The notes beneath the pieces are model-generated. The model saw only the letters and a list, made by a program, of their open reading frames with translations. It was not told the origin of the DNA and ran no database searches. The position numbers were made by a program, and so were the translations under genes. From a virus, in the IMG/VR virus record IMGVR_UViG_3300037483_001670, positions 118,424 through 182,423 of that record: DNA of 64,000 nucleotides, one strand, 5' to 3'. Of the stretch, positions 16,938 to 26,320 are shown in pieces. The number at the start of each line of letters is the position of its first letter. Within the stretch, counting starts at the first letter, position 1.

Positions 16938-17480
16938 TCACCTCAATCCGGCGGGGCGCTCTTCGCCACCGCTGAAGCACTGGAGCATGCAATCCCCGCA
17001 GTAGCCGATCTTCCGACCGGTCACCAGCTCGGCAATGCTGTCGGCCGACCACTCGATCTGGTCGCGCGTACGATCTCGCCAAAGCCGCTGCCACGTGCGA
17101 TGCCGCTTCGTATCCTCGGGCGTGACCCACACGGGCGACCCGGTGCCTTGAGGTGGCGTCATCCAATGCGCCGGGTACGCATGATCGGCCGCGTGCCCGA
17201 ACTCGTGCGCGAGAATCGCCACGAGCGTCTGCACGGGCAGGGAGACGATGTCCGGCGCGTAGTACATGACGCGCCCGTCGTCGCGCGTCGCTGCGAAATG
17301 ACGGCCGTCGCAACCGGGCAACTTCGAGCCGCCTCGCCCCACCTTGGGATCGATGATGAACTTGATCTTCTTCAGACGATCGAGCTTCACGCCGGGCGCT
17401 GGCGAGTACGCCAGAAAAACGTCGCGCACCGCATCGAAATGCGGCTGGAGCACGGCGTAGACGATCTCCTCGAGCTTCAC
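16938..17480 (-). CDS. zincin-like metallopeptidase
   Basis: ILAHEFGHAAD (HExxH); GTGA coupling to endolysin. Confidence 0.7.
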   Translation of the reverse strand: MKLEEIVYAVLQPHFDAVRDVFLAYSPAPGVKLDRLKKIKFIIDPKVGRGGSKLPGCDGRHFAATRDDGRVMYYAPDIVSLPVQTLVAILAHEFGHAADHAYPAHWMTPPQGTGSPVWVTPEDTKRHRTWQRLWRDRTRDQIEWSADSIAELVTGRKIGYCGDCMLQCFSGGEERPAGLR

Positions 17481-18379
17481 ATCACCGGCCCTGCCCAGCC
17501 GTGCGCCTGAAACCACCCGGCACGATTCAGGACGTCGACCGAGTAGTCTCGCCCCGTCGTGTAGTAGTCGATGTCGAGGTTTGCGTTGAGGGCGCGCACC
17601 ACGTTGCCCCCACCGCAGTTGTACGCCGCGAGCGAGGCACGAAGGAGACCGAGGCCGCGAATGGCGGTGCGGTCGTGCATGAACTTCCACATCCCGTTGA
17701 GCACGCCCGCGCCGTAGCGAATGTTCGCGGCCGCGTCCTGCCAGTTACCCGTCCGCGCAAACTCGTGCGCGTCGAAGTCGATCTGGAGGAGTCCGCGGCC
17801 GTACCCGGTGTTGCCCGGCGGGAGCGCCGCTGTCCGGAACTTCGACGGGAATCGCCGCTTCGTGAAGTCCCCCGTACCGGTCGGACCGACAGGACGGAGC
17901 TGTAGGCCCCACCCGCTCTCCCGCGACCCGATCCCCGCAAGGACGCACGGCGCGACCCAGTCGTTGCTCGTGCGTCCCGCTGCGTCGACGACCAGATCGC
18001 GGTACTTCTCCGCCTGCTCGAGCTGGCGAATGAGCCCGGGCGAGTCGAGCTCGAAGGTCGTCGTCAGCACCGGATCGGTGTTGAGGAGACGGCTCCACGT
18101 AAGGGCCCCCACGATGCCGTCATCGGAGAGTTGGCACTCCGCTTGGAAATGCCGAACGGCCGCATCGGTCCCACGCCCGAAAAGCCCGTCCAGCTCGATC
18201 CGCATGCCGTGCTCGTTCAAGAGCCGCTGAAGCCGCTCGACGTCCGGACGAAGGTTCGGCGACGTATGGTCGTAGCCATCGAAGAGACGCAGCATCGGAA
18301 ATGCCTCCGTCCCGCCGCCGTTTGCCGCTCCGTCCCGCGGCGTGATCGGCGGCTCTTCCTCTGTCGCTTCGTCGACCAT
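17477..18379 (-). CDS. endolysin: peptidoglycan-binding domain + goose-type lysozyme (GH23)
   Basis: DVERLQRLL...LDGLFGRGTDAAVRHFQ...DGIVGALTW; GSRESG, GRGLLQID, AAYNCG, TTGRDYSVDVLNRA. Confidence 0.9.
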   Translation of the reverse strand: MVDEATEEEPPITPRDGAANGGGTEAFPMLRLFDGYDHTSPNLRPDVERLQRLLNEHGMRIELDGLFGRGTDAAVRHFQAECQLSDDGIVGALTWSRLLNTDPVLTTTFELDSPGLIRQLEQAEKYRDLVVDAAGRTSNDWVAPCVLAGIGSRESGWGLQLRPVGPTGTGDFTKRRFPSKFRTAALPPGNTGYGRGLLQIDFDAHEFARTGNWQDAAANIRYGAGVLNGMWKFMHDRTAIRGLGLLRASLAAYNCGGGNVVRALNANLDIDYYTTGRDYSVDVLNRAGWFQAHGWAGPVM

Positions 18380-18383
18380 GGAT

Positions 18384-18902
18384 TCAGCGCCCTTGCTGAA
18401 GTGCCGCGTTCGCCATCATCTGGGCGGTGGCGTACGAGATCTTCGACACGTACTCCTCGCCCTTGGCGTCGATCCAGCCCATGCGCCTCGCTTTGCGCAG
18501 GAGCTCGTCAGCCTCTTCCGGCGTGAACATGGGGCCAACGATGTTGCGGCAGCCCGAGCACGTTTGCACCGGCCACCAGGCCTGCTGCTGCTGGCTGTAG
18601 CGCCACTCGGTCACCTCTTGCAGCACCGGCGGGAGCCGCTGCGCCGCCGCGTACCGCGCGACTTCCTGCGGCGGCACGTTGTACTTGATCGCCACGAGCT
18701 CGGGGTACTCGACGGTGAGCCGAAGGGGGCGCGGGCATCCGCGGCACTGCATTTCGACAGCCACGCCGTGCTGCGTCGCCTGCGTGCGGACGCTGTCGTG
18801 GGCTTTCAGCCCGCCGTCTTGCCCCGCGATGTTCGGCTCGCTCGCTCCGAAGATTCCGTCGGAACGGTTGATGATGTCTCCAAATCCATCGAACTGGCTC
18901 AT
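18384..18902 (-). CDS. hypothetical protein with two CxxC pairs
   Basis: CRGC...CSGC. Confidence 0.65.
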   Translation of the reverse strand: MSQFDGFGDIINRSDGIFGASEPNIAGQDGGLKAHDSVRTQATQHGVAVEMQCRGCPRPLRLTVEYPELVAIKYNVPPQEVARYAAAQRLPPVLQEVTEWRYSQQQQAWWPVQTCSGCRNIVGPMFTPEEADELLRKARRMGWIDAKGEEYVSKISYATAQMMANAALQQGR

Positions 18903-19237
18903 GGCTTGTCTCCCTTTGTGGCGTCAGGTGGCGGCTTCGACGGCAACGTCTGCAATTCCGGGTTGGTACGGAGGGCGTCCCGAAGTACGTCCCGCGTAGG
19001 ATCCACCGGAGCAGGCGATGCGGCCAAAATCCACTTGAGGTTACCAGGAACCTTGGCGGCCGTCAGGATGCAAAGCCGGTCGATCACGAGCCAGAAAAGC
19101 CGCACGATCGGCTTCTGCTCTTCGTTCGGGAGCGGCCGCGGCGCGAAATTCGCAACGAGCCACACGGTCACGACGAACGCGCCGAACCAATGGGTCTGGA
19201 GCCACGGAACGGTACTTGCCCAATTCATGACATACAC
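18899..19237 (-). CDS. membrane protein, holin candidate
   Basis: two hydrophobic segments near endolysin. Confidence 0.5.
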   Translation of the reverse strand: MYVMNWASTVPWLQTHWFGAFVVTVWLVANFAPRPLPNEEQKPIVRLFWLVIDRLCILTAAKVPGNLKWILAASPAPVDPTRDVLRDALRTNPELQTLPSKPPPDATKGDKP

Positions 19238-19432
19238 CTAATTTTTCCGGGTTAGCTTGCCTAACTTTTGCCGTGCCGGCCGAGGCGGGGGCGGACGGCG
19301 CGTGACCAACTCTTTCACTTCCCCCGCCAAATCGTCAGCTTTCATGAGCCCCTGAAGGCTCGGTTCGACGGCATTCACGAACGCCGGGCGCACCGAACCA
19401 CCGCGCGAACTTTTGCGCTCCGCCATGATCAC
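19238..19432 (-). CDS. small basic protein
   Basis: coupled ORF. Confidence 0.4.
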   Translation of the reverse strand: MIMAERKSSRGGSVRPAFVNAVEPSLQGLMKADDLAGEVKELVTRRPPPPRPARQKLGKLTRKN

Positions 19433-19806
19433 GTGTCGTCCTCCCTCCCGCCGAGCCGCCCCTTGATCCAGCCGAGCCGCGCCAGGATGGTTTCGATCTT
19501 ACCGCCCGCGAGCTGCGTGTAGCTCCGAAATTCATCGTCGGTGACCACCTCGCCCCTGAACTCGTCCATGGCCCGGCGGAAGTCCTCGAGCTCCTCGATG
19601 CGTCGCATGAGCTCGGCCATCGTGGGCGCCCCCTCGGTGATCGACTGCCGCGGACTGACGAGCTTCTCGAGCGCCTCGACCTTCGAAGTAAGTATCGCGA
19701 TACGCGCGTCGATCGGAGCGGTCAGCAACTTGTAGACGACCCCGAGCGCCGAGCCGTTGGCCAGCACCCACGTGGCGACGTACCCGACGATCGCTTCCGA
19801 TGCCAT
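19429..19806 (-). CDS. N-terminal TM + coiled-coil protein (holin/accessory lysis candidate)
   Basis: hydrophobic N-terminus then heptads. Confidence 0.55.
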   Translation of the reverse strand: MASEAIVGYVATWVLANGSALGVVYKLLTAPIDARIAILTSKVEALEKLVSPRQSITEGAPTMAELMRRIEELEDFRRAMDEFRGEVVTDDEFRSYTQLAGGKIETILARLGWIKGRLGGREDDT

Positions 19807-19810
19807 CTCC

Positions 19811-20119
19811 CTAATCCAACTTCGACCAGGCCGCGCCGGTCCACTGCGCGCTGACGCCGGCACCAGCCGCGACGGTCGCACCCAATAGGGTGAACGACTG
19901 GCTGCCGACGTTGTTGACGGTCACCCAGAGTCCGGCGGCCGTGTTGGTCGGATTCGGTAGCGAGAGCGCCTGGCCCGCCGTCGTCTGGTTCACGTTGAAC
20001 GTGGGCGCCAGATCAACCGTCGCCGCAGCCGTACCAATCGCGCCACCACCGGCAAGGTTACCGATCGGGATCACCCGAAGGCGGTTGCCTAGGCTGCCAA
20101 AGTTCGCATTGACCGGCAT
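19811..20119 (-). CDS. small beta-rich putative virion protein
   Basis: A/G/T/N-rich alternating strands ending WTGAAW. Confidence 0.55.
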   Translation of the reverse strand: MPVNANFGSLGNRLRVIPIGNLAGGGAIGTAAATVDLAPTFNVNQTTAGQALSLPNPTNTAAGLWVTVNNVGSQSFTLLGATVAAGAGVSAQWTGAAWSKLD

Positions 20120-20134
20120 CGCATCAACCTTTCT

Positions 20135-20806
20135 CTAGCGCGCCGTGCCGCCAGCGAGCGCAATCGCAATCGTCCCCGGTGTGCCCACCACCCCCGCCTC
20201 CGCGGCCAACATGCGCACGGTGGTCGCGCCTCGCGGAATGCGCACCGGGATCACGTAGTCGATGGCACCGGCACCCGCCGGAATCGGACCGGCCAGTTCC
20301 TGCATGTAGAACTGCTGTCGGCCCTGGGGCGCCGTTGGTACAATCGTGGCGTCGACCGTGATGTCCTGCCCTTCTTCGGTGCCGTTACCGAAGAGCACGT
20401 GGAAGATCGGGAAGCCTCCCGCCGCGCCACGGGTATACGTCACCCAGAACGCGATCTCTCCGACCCCGCTCGACACGGCAAACGCAGCCTGAGCGGTGAA
20501 CGCGCCTGCGGCAGGCAGAGCTGCCGAGGCGAGATGCACCGTGCGCGCGAACTCGTTGCCGCCGATCTTGAGATCGAAGAGGGTCGAAGCGACCGAGCCG
20601 ATTCGCACGCGGTTCCAGCCATCGGTCGCGTTGAAACCCATGCCGCGCGAACCAATGAGCGGCACCAAGGCCGCGTTGGTCATCGCATCCGCCAGTGTCA
20701 CGGCCGCGGCAACCGCGACGCTGCCCCACTGCGTGATGTTGACGGCGCTCGGCGAGCCCGACGTGCCGGTCAGCCGTTGTAGCCTTTCTTGAAATCGGTT
20801 GCTCAT
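20135..20806 (-). CDS. putative virion protein, beta-sandwich C-terminus
   Basis: EIAFWVTY...IFHVLF...DYVIPVRIP...VRMLAAE...IAIAL. Confidence 0.55.
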   Translation of the reverse strand: MSNRFQERLQRLTGTSGSPSAVNITQWGSVAVAAAVTLADAMTNAALVPLIGSRGMGFNATDGWNRVRIGSVASTLFDLKIGGNEFARTVHLASAALPAAGAFTAQAAFAVSSGVGEIAFWVTYTRGAAGGFPIFHVLFGNGTEEGQDITVDATIVPTAPQGRQQFYMQELAGPIPAGAGAIDYVIPVRIPRGATTVRMLAAEAGVVGTPGTIAIALAGGTAR

Positions 20807-20821
20807 CGCCTCTCCACTCCC

Positions 20822-21643
20822 TTACGTGGCCACGCCGATATTGATCATCACTCCGATGTCGGGACTTCCCTCGAAGAAGCGCAGCACGCCCAGATCGCTC
20901 GTAGTAAAATCCCAGGTGACGCCCGCGCCGTCGGTCGCCGGCCGAATGAAACCGATCAACAGTTCATCGCCCTGGGCTTGCAACTCGTGGACGACGTACG
21001 ACGGAAACAAGTTGTTGATGAGCCCAACACGTTGCTGTGCGAAAGTGGCAGGCGCCCCCAGCGCCACAGGCGCAATCGGGATGTTCGGGAAAAGAGTGCC
21101 AGGGGAGCTTGCGCCTGCGCCGGCACCGTCCGTCACCCGAAACTTCTCCGATACCATGTCCCCCGCCTGAACGAGCGGATACTGCGTAACGTTGTCGACG
21201 GCGAGCCCGAGGACCACATCGCTGTACTGCATGATCGATCCCTGCGCAGCCATCGGGATCAGGAACTCGTTATTTCCTTGCAAATTTTGCATAGGAAAAT
21301 GAAACGGAATGCGCTGGTTGCGGTAGTCGAACACATTGCGCTGCCGCCAGCCGATACACCAGTCGTACGGCAAGATGTCGCCGAAACCGATTCCAGGCGA
21401 CGGAATGATCGGCAGCCAAATCGACACGCGGGCCCCGAACGGCACGGGCAGACCACGCAGCAGGCCCGCGTTGTATCCGGGCAATCCCGCCCTGCCATCG
21501 AAAGGAACGCCGCCCTCGGTCACCATGATCGGCCGAGTGACGGACTGACCCTGGTACCGCGTCGTGTAACCGGTGTACGGACGCAGAATGCTCGTCACAC
21601 CAAACTGCGGATCATTCAGAACCGGAACCGCTTCTCCGCTCAT
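20822..21643 (-). CDS. putative virion protein (beta-rich)
   Basis: 273 aa, alternating hydrophobic strands, C-terminal GVMINIG. Confidence 0.55.
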   Translation of the reverse strand: MSGEAVPVLNDPQFGVTSILRPYTGYTTRYQGQSVTRPIMVTEGGVPFDGRAGLPGYNAGLLRGLPVPFGARVSIWLPIIPSPGIGFGDILPYDWCIGWRQRNVFDYRNQRIPFHFPMQNLQGNNEFLIPMAAQGSIMQYSDVVLGLAVDNVTQYPLVQAGDMVSEKFRVTDGAGAGASSPGTLFPNIPIAPVALGAPATFAQQRVGLINNLFPSYVVHELQAQGDELLIGFIRPATDGAGVTWDFTTSDLGVLRFFEGSPDIGVMINIGVAT

Positions 21644-21682
21644 GTCGCCACTCCATTCAAAACAGGAACCGCATTCATCCGA

Positions 21683-22039
21683 TCAGCCGTCCCCGAGTAG
21701 CCAGCGAGCGATGGCCGCATCGACGACGGCGACGGTGCCCGTCAGCGCCGCCACGTTGCGGTACGCCGGCTCCGCTTGTCCCTGCCGAAGGTAGACGACG
21801 GTGCCGATGCCGTGCTTCAGCGCCGCGGCCGCGGCCCAGCCGCCGAGCGCGCCGCGCAGGCCACTCCACAAGAGACCGCCGACGATGCCGACGCCGTACG
21901 CGGCGGTGACGATCACTTTCGCCTGATCGCGCGAGTCGTCCGTCGCGAGGTGCGCCGGCCACTCCTGAAAGTTTTGCACGCCGAGAAAGGTCACCCCGGC
22001 CGGCGCCTGCACCGCGTCTTCCGCAAACCCCTGTCTCAT
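21683..22039 (-). CDS. multi-TM membrane protein
   Basis: three to four Gly/Ala-rich hydrophobic helices. Confidence 0.7.
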   Translation of the reverse strand: MRQGFAEDAVQAPAGVTFLGVQNFQEWPAHLATDDSRDQAKVIVTAAYGVGIVGGLLWSGLRGALGGWAAAAALKHGIGTVVYLRQGQAEPAYRNVAALTGTVAVVDAAIARWLLGDG

Positions 22040-22635
22040 GCCGGGTAATCCTTCTTCTTCCCGCCCTTGTCGTGGAGGCCACGGTAGAGGAGATACGACG
22101 CCAGCGCTCCCCCGAGTACCGCATACGTCCCCGAGACAACGGCCTCTCTGTCAGCCTCCGGCGTTCCGATCGTCACCGCCCGCGCGGCGCGCGCGAGGTT
22201 CATGATCGAGCCGCCGTAGAGCCCGCCAGAGAGCCCGCCGAACATGCCGCCGCCGTACTTTGCACCGATCGCGCTCCCCACCCCGACGAGGAGCAGCCCC
22301 AACCCGAGCGTGTGTGCGTTGTCTTGCGGGATTCTCTCGGGCGGCCTCTGCGGCTCAGCCGCAGAGGGATCGACACCGAACGCCTGCGGGTAGTGGGGCG
22401 CCGCTACGCTGTGTCGCGCGTCGACAGCGTTCGGACGCGTGGGCATCCTCGGCGCCATCGCCATCATGGGCGGTCCGAAGCTAGGCTCCGGACCGGAGGG
22501 CGACTGAAACCTCGCCGCGAGGGGCGCGGAGCCCGGCGCAGGAGGCAGGTTGTCGTTCGGCGTCCAGGTGGAGCCGATGAAGCCGTTCGATTCGGCTCCG
22601 ATGTCTTCGATACCGTCGAGGGGGATGGCGGACAT
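22036..22635 (-). CDS. Pro-rich N-terminus + multi-TM membrane protein
   Basis: TLGLGLLLVGVG..., basic tail KGGKKK. Confidence 0.7.
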   Translation of the reverse strand: MSAIPLDGIEDIGAESNGFIGSTWTPNDNLPPAPGSAPLAARFQSPSGPEPSFGPPMMAMAPRMPTRPNAVDARHSVAAPHYPQAFGVDPSAAEPQRPPERIPQDNAHTLGLGLLLVGVGSAIGAKYGGGMFGGLSGGLYGGSIMNLARAARAVTIGTPEADREAVVSGTYAVLGGALASYLLYRGLHDKGGKKKDYPA

Positions 22636-22657
22636 GGGTGAGCGTGCGTGTCCCTAC

Positions 22658-22680
22658 GGACGACGCTCAGCTCGCAGTCC
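22658..22680 (-). promoter_or_regulatory. conserved hairpin element copy 1 (GGAC-x-CGAGCTGAGCG-x-GTCC)
   Basis: intergenic, 22 nt upstream of ATG; copies at 27293, 29064, 39311. Confidence 0.65.
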
Positions 22681-22735
22681 TGCCCCTCAGTCTAGCGGAA
22701 ATTTGGCCCGGGCGGCAAGTTGCCGGTGCCCGATG

Positions 22736-23398
22736 TCAAATCCGGCCCGATGCGGCGTGATTCAGCGCGCGAAGCACGGGCTCGGGCAGCGGATCGTCCG
22801 CTCCGAAGGGATGCGCTTTCACCCAGCTGAGAGCCTTCATGAGCCGCGCGTCGGCGTTCGGGTGGAGGCCCTTGCAGGGCTCGCCGCTGTAGACGCAGAG
22901 GCTCCGCGTCGCCGTCATCGACTGCCGCGCCATGTGAAGCGCGACGCGGGTCGCGAGCCGCCGATCTCGGAGCAGATCCTCGCCGACGATGCGCAGTCCC
23001 GTGCTTCGCTTCGTCCACCAGGTCCACTCGCCGTTTTGAAGCGCAAGGCCGCGCCCCGGCTGGATCTGAAAGATGGAGAACGCCCGCCCGTTGTCGCAGG
23101 TGCCCCGCCGGTCGGCCTTGTACCCCTTCCGGTTGCACGCCCCCTCGTCCACGAACTTGAAGAAGCGACCCTCATGGAAGGCGAGCGACGTGAGCAGGAT
23201 CGCCGTCGGCGCCGGCCCGCTGACACCCGGCCGTAACACCAGCGGTGCCTCCACTCCATCGGCAGCGACCTCGGCGATGTCGGTGGCGATGGCCACGTAC
23301 CGCTTGAGGACTTCGCTCTCGGGTTCGTGGTGCTCCACCGGGGGCGACCAGGTCAAAATCGCACGCAGGACGTAGACAACGAGGGCTAGGCTTTTCAT
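22736..23398 (-). CDS. lysozyme-like/SLT muramidase candidate with hydrophobic N-terminus
   Basis: LLTSLAFHEGRF...CDNGRAFSIFQIQ. Confidence 0.6.
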   Translation of the reverse strand: MKSLALVVYVLRAILTWSPPVEHHEPESEVLKRYVAIATDIAEVAADGVEAPLVLRPGVSGPAPTAILLTSLAFHEGRFFKFVDEGACNRKGYKADRRGTCDNGRAFSIFQIQPGRGLALQNGEWTWWTKRSTGLRIVGEDLLRDRRLATRVALHMARQSMTATRSLCVYSGEPCKGLHPNADARLMKALSWVKAHPFGADDPLPEPVLRALNHAASGRI

Positions 23399-23454
23399 GG
23401 CCGAGCAGCAAAACCCAGCTGGGCTCGCCCGTCAACCCTTGTGCCACTATGTGA

Positions 23455-23985
23455 CTACGTACGTATTGCCGATCTTCGAGATTTCGCGCGCCCGGAGATC
23501 GCGCGCGTCAACCAAAAGGCGAGCGCTCCGCCGAGCGCGCCGGCGAGCACGTTCGTCAGCATCGGCGACGATTCGGAGACGGGCTCTGGCGGCAGGACGA
23601 CGGGGGGCGCTGGCGCGGGAACGGGAGCCGGCTGAGCCGTCGGCGACGGCAAGGGAATGAGGTGGGTCCACATGCCGAGCACCTCGACGGTGCCGGGGAG
23701 CTCCGCGAACGTGATGGTGCGATCGGTGAGCGAGAAGCGCCCTTGCAGGTACGCGGTCCACGAGAACGCGCCCGACGGGTCCTCGTACTCGTCGGCGGGC
23801 CAATCGGGCGGCAGCGCCTTCTTGTCGACGAACTGCACCTCGCGAAAGCCCTGCCCCTCGAGCGCTTCGCGGACCTTGCCTTCGGTCGCCGCGAAGCCGG
23901 GCGCTTTGATGAGCATCCGCGCGCGGTAGATGACGTTCTGCCGCAGCGCGAGCCCGGCGGGGGACAAGATCGAGTTCGCCGGCAT
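23455..23985 (-). CDS. tail-anchored membrane protein
   Basis: Pro linker, C-terminal TM, basic tail. Confidence 0.7.
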   Translation of the reverse strand: MPANSILSPAGLALRQNVIYRARMLIKAPGFAATEGKVREALEGQGFREVQFVDKKALPPDWPADEYEDPSGAFSWTAYLQGRFSLTDRTITFAELPGTVEVLGMWTHLIPLPSPTAQPAPVPAPAPPVVLPPEPVSESSPMLTNVLAGALGGALAFWLTRAISGRAKSRRSAIRT

Positions 23986-23994
23986 GGGAGCGCC

Positions 23995-24474
23995 TTATCT
24001 CGAAACGATCCCGAGCTCCATCAGGTTTTCTTTGCCGCAGCAGTACGGCACCGGCGGCACGTGATCCGACATGAACCACCCGGCATCGAGCGCGCTTTTC
24101 AGCGCCTGCTCTTCGGTCCAGGCTTCTGGACCGGGCCGACCGCAACCTCCGCACCGGAAAAACTCTCGCAGCGGCCCAGTCGCCTCGTCAACGGCCCGTG
24201 CGACTGGCTCTACCTCAACGGGGAGCGCCGACGCGGCAGCGAGCGTCTCGAGCATGGCCGGCTCGGCGATGGGCGTCTCGATCGACGCATCGGCGAGCAG
24301 CTCGGTCGAGGGATCGCCCTCGACCGTCGGCCGGTCCGTCGCCTCTGGATCGGAAGCGAACGAGGTCTCCGGATCCGGAGATTCGGCGACAGTTCCCACT
24401 TCGGGCTCCACCGTCGACTCCATGGACGGCTCGGCGGTCGTTTCCTCTTTGGGTTTGCTCGTTCGACGTCCCAT
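23995..24474 (-). CDS. acidic low-complexity protein with CGGC...YCC
   Basis: E/P/S/T-rich N-half. Confidence 0.6.
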   Translation of the reverse strand: MGRRTSKPKEETTAEPSMESTVEPEVGTVAESPDPETSFASDPEATDRPTVEGDPSTELLADASIETPIAEPAMLETLAAASALPVEVEPVARAVDEATGPLREFFRCGGCGRPGPEAWTEEQALKSALDAGWFMSDHVPPVPYCCGKENLMELGIVSR

Positions 24475-24477
24475 GGT

Positions 24478-24753
24478 TCATTCCTCCACTTTCACCGCCG
24501 GGGGCGGTTCGCCAGTCATGTGCTCGGGCTGCGGTTTCGGCTCTTCGATCTCGAACAGCGTCAAGGCGTCCCGCAGCACCGCGCGCGCGGCTCGCTCCGG
24601 GTACGGGTAACCTAGCCTGACAAAGCGCTCGAGCACCTCACGCTCAGCCTCGGTCAACGCTCGAACCTTCCCCTTGTCCTTTGGCGTGATCAGACGCGCG
24701 CCGCTGCGCTCCCGCACGAGGGCAACCAGATCTGCATCGTCGATGTGGTCCAT
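24478..24753 (-). CDS. hypothetical protein
   Basis: coupled to spike gene. Confidence 0.55.
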   Translation of the reverse strand: MDHIDDADLVALVRERSGARLITPKDKGKVRALTEAEREVLERFVRLGYPYPERAARAVLRDALTLFEIEEPKPQPEHMTGEPPPAVKVEE

Positions 24754-24754
24754 T

Positions 24755-26317
24755 TTATGGCCTCGAGACCAGCCGGCCACCGCTGACCGGATCGTTGACG
24801 TTGCCTCCAAAGCCGGTACCGCCACCGACCGCTGCCGCAAGAATGGCCCAAGTGGTCGCCGCTGTCGCGACATACGCACCCGTCGTGTTGTCGAACGGAC
24901 GAATGGTCGTCACGGCGCGCACCGAGAAGTCGCCACCGGTGCCAGTGATTGTGAACCCGGCCACTTGCCCGGCCAGATAGCTGACCGTCCCCACGCCCAC
25001 CGCAAGGCCCACGACCGCGTTGCCCTTGCCCCAGCAAAAGAAGCTGCCTGCCTGCGTCGAACCGTCGAACCGACCGTTCGTGATCATCTGAACCGCACCA
25101 GGACCAGGCGCGTCGAAGACCGCGCCACGCAGCCAACCCACGGGCCCGTTGACGAGGAACCTCGCGCCCTGGACCATGAAGTCGCTTTGCACGGTCACGT
25201 TGTTGTTGCCGCCGGCCGACGACGACACGGTGGTCGCGGAAAACCCGGCCGCTAAGAGCAAGATCGCCACGTTCGCACCGAGATTCGCGGACACCTCAGC
25301 GATCGAGCCCGAGATCAAGAGCTCGATGCACTCGGCCAGCAGATCGAACATCGTCCAGCCGCAGCCGTCGAGCACGATCACATCCGACGACTTGAGAACG
25401 AAATCGCCAAGCGTTTGCGCCGCGTTGATGCCGAGCACGACGCTGTCGAAGATGACAGGCGAGCCCAAGTTCGTCGAAAAGTTGTCCGCCGAGTCGAGCG
25501 TAATGAGCACCGTCGGCAGACACACGAGGGACTCGACCACGAACGTGTTGGTGGCCACCGGCGTCGACGTCGACGTGAACCCGCTCGGATTGACCGGCAC
25601 CGTGTAGCTGACCGGCGCGCGGAATTGGCAGACGCGGGCCTGCTTCGCGCCGAGGTCTTTCATCACGCCGCTGATCGCGCCCGTTGCCGCGCCGCTCGTC
25701 AGCCGAATACGCTTGTTGAGGAGGCCGCTCGCGGTCCAGCTGACCGGCAGCGCGTTCGACGTGATGAGCCACGACTCGTTCGTACCTGTCGCGCGATTCA
25801 ACGTACCGAGAACGTCGATCACGCCCGTGAACAGCGTCGCCTTGCCTTGGTGGTCGACCGTGCTGCCGTGGACGAAGATCTGAGAGTTTGTCTCACGTCG
25901 CCCTGCGAGCACGAAGGTGTCGCTCGGCAGCAAGTCGTTTAAGTATCGAAGGTGGTACGCGCCGGAACTCCAAATCGGGTACGAGCCCATACGGCGCTGC
26001 CGCTCGGCGTCGGACTGGAGGGCGGTGGCTGCGGTCGCGCCGTCGTTCGCATCGTTCCCGTTCACGGGATCGATGAACCAGTTGAGCTGCTGCATGTAGA
26101 AGAGGTTGCTGCCTCCCGTGCTCTTCTGAATCCAGTTGCCGGCGAGGAAGATCGACTTGACGACGCTCTTGCCGTCCGCCACCAACGACGGCGGCGGGAG
26201 GCGGTACACGTAGTCCGCGTCCTCCGAGACGACGTAGATCTCGTCGCCCGGAATGACCCGCGAGTCTCCGAAGCCGGAGAGAGCGGTCGGAGTCGCTACG
26301 CTGCCTAGATCGGCCAT
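24755..26317 (-). CDS. spike/receptor-binding-like protein paralog 1
   Basis: shared N-term MADLG..GFGDSRVIPGDEIYV; WFIDPVNGNDANDG motif; beta-helix-like C-half. Confidence 0.7.
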   Translation of the reverse strand: MADLGSVATPTALSGFGDSRVIPGDEIYVVSEDADYVYRLPPPSLVADGKSVVKSIFLAGNWIQKSTGGSNLFYMQQLNWFIDPVNGNDANDGATAATALQSDAERQRRMGSYPIWSSGAYHLRYLNDLLPSDTFVLAGRRETNSQIFVHGSTVDHQGKATLFTGVIDVLGTLNRATGTNESWLITSNALPVSWTASGLLNKRIRLTSGAATGAISGVMKDLGAKQARVCQFRAPVSYTVPVNPSGFTSTSTPVATNTFVVESLVCLPTVLITLDSADNFSTNLGSPVIFDSVVLGINAAQTLGDFVLKSSDVIVLDGCGWTMFDLLAECIELLISGSIAEVSANLGANVAILLLAAGFSATTVSSSAGGNNNVTVQSDFMVQGARFLVNGPVGWLRGAVFDAPGPGAVQMITNGRFDGSTQAGSFFCWGKGNAVVGLAVGVGTVSYLAGQVAGFTITGTGGDFSVRAVTTIRPFDNTTGAYVATAATTWAILAAAVGGGTGFGGNVNDPVSGGRLVSRP

Positions 26318-26320
26318 GCT

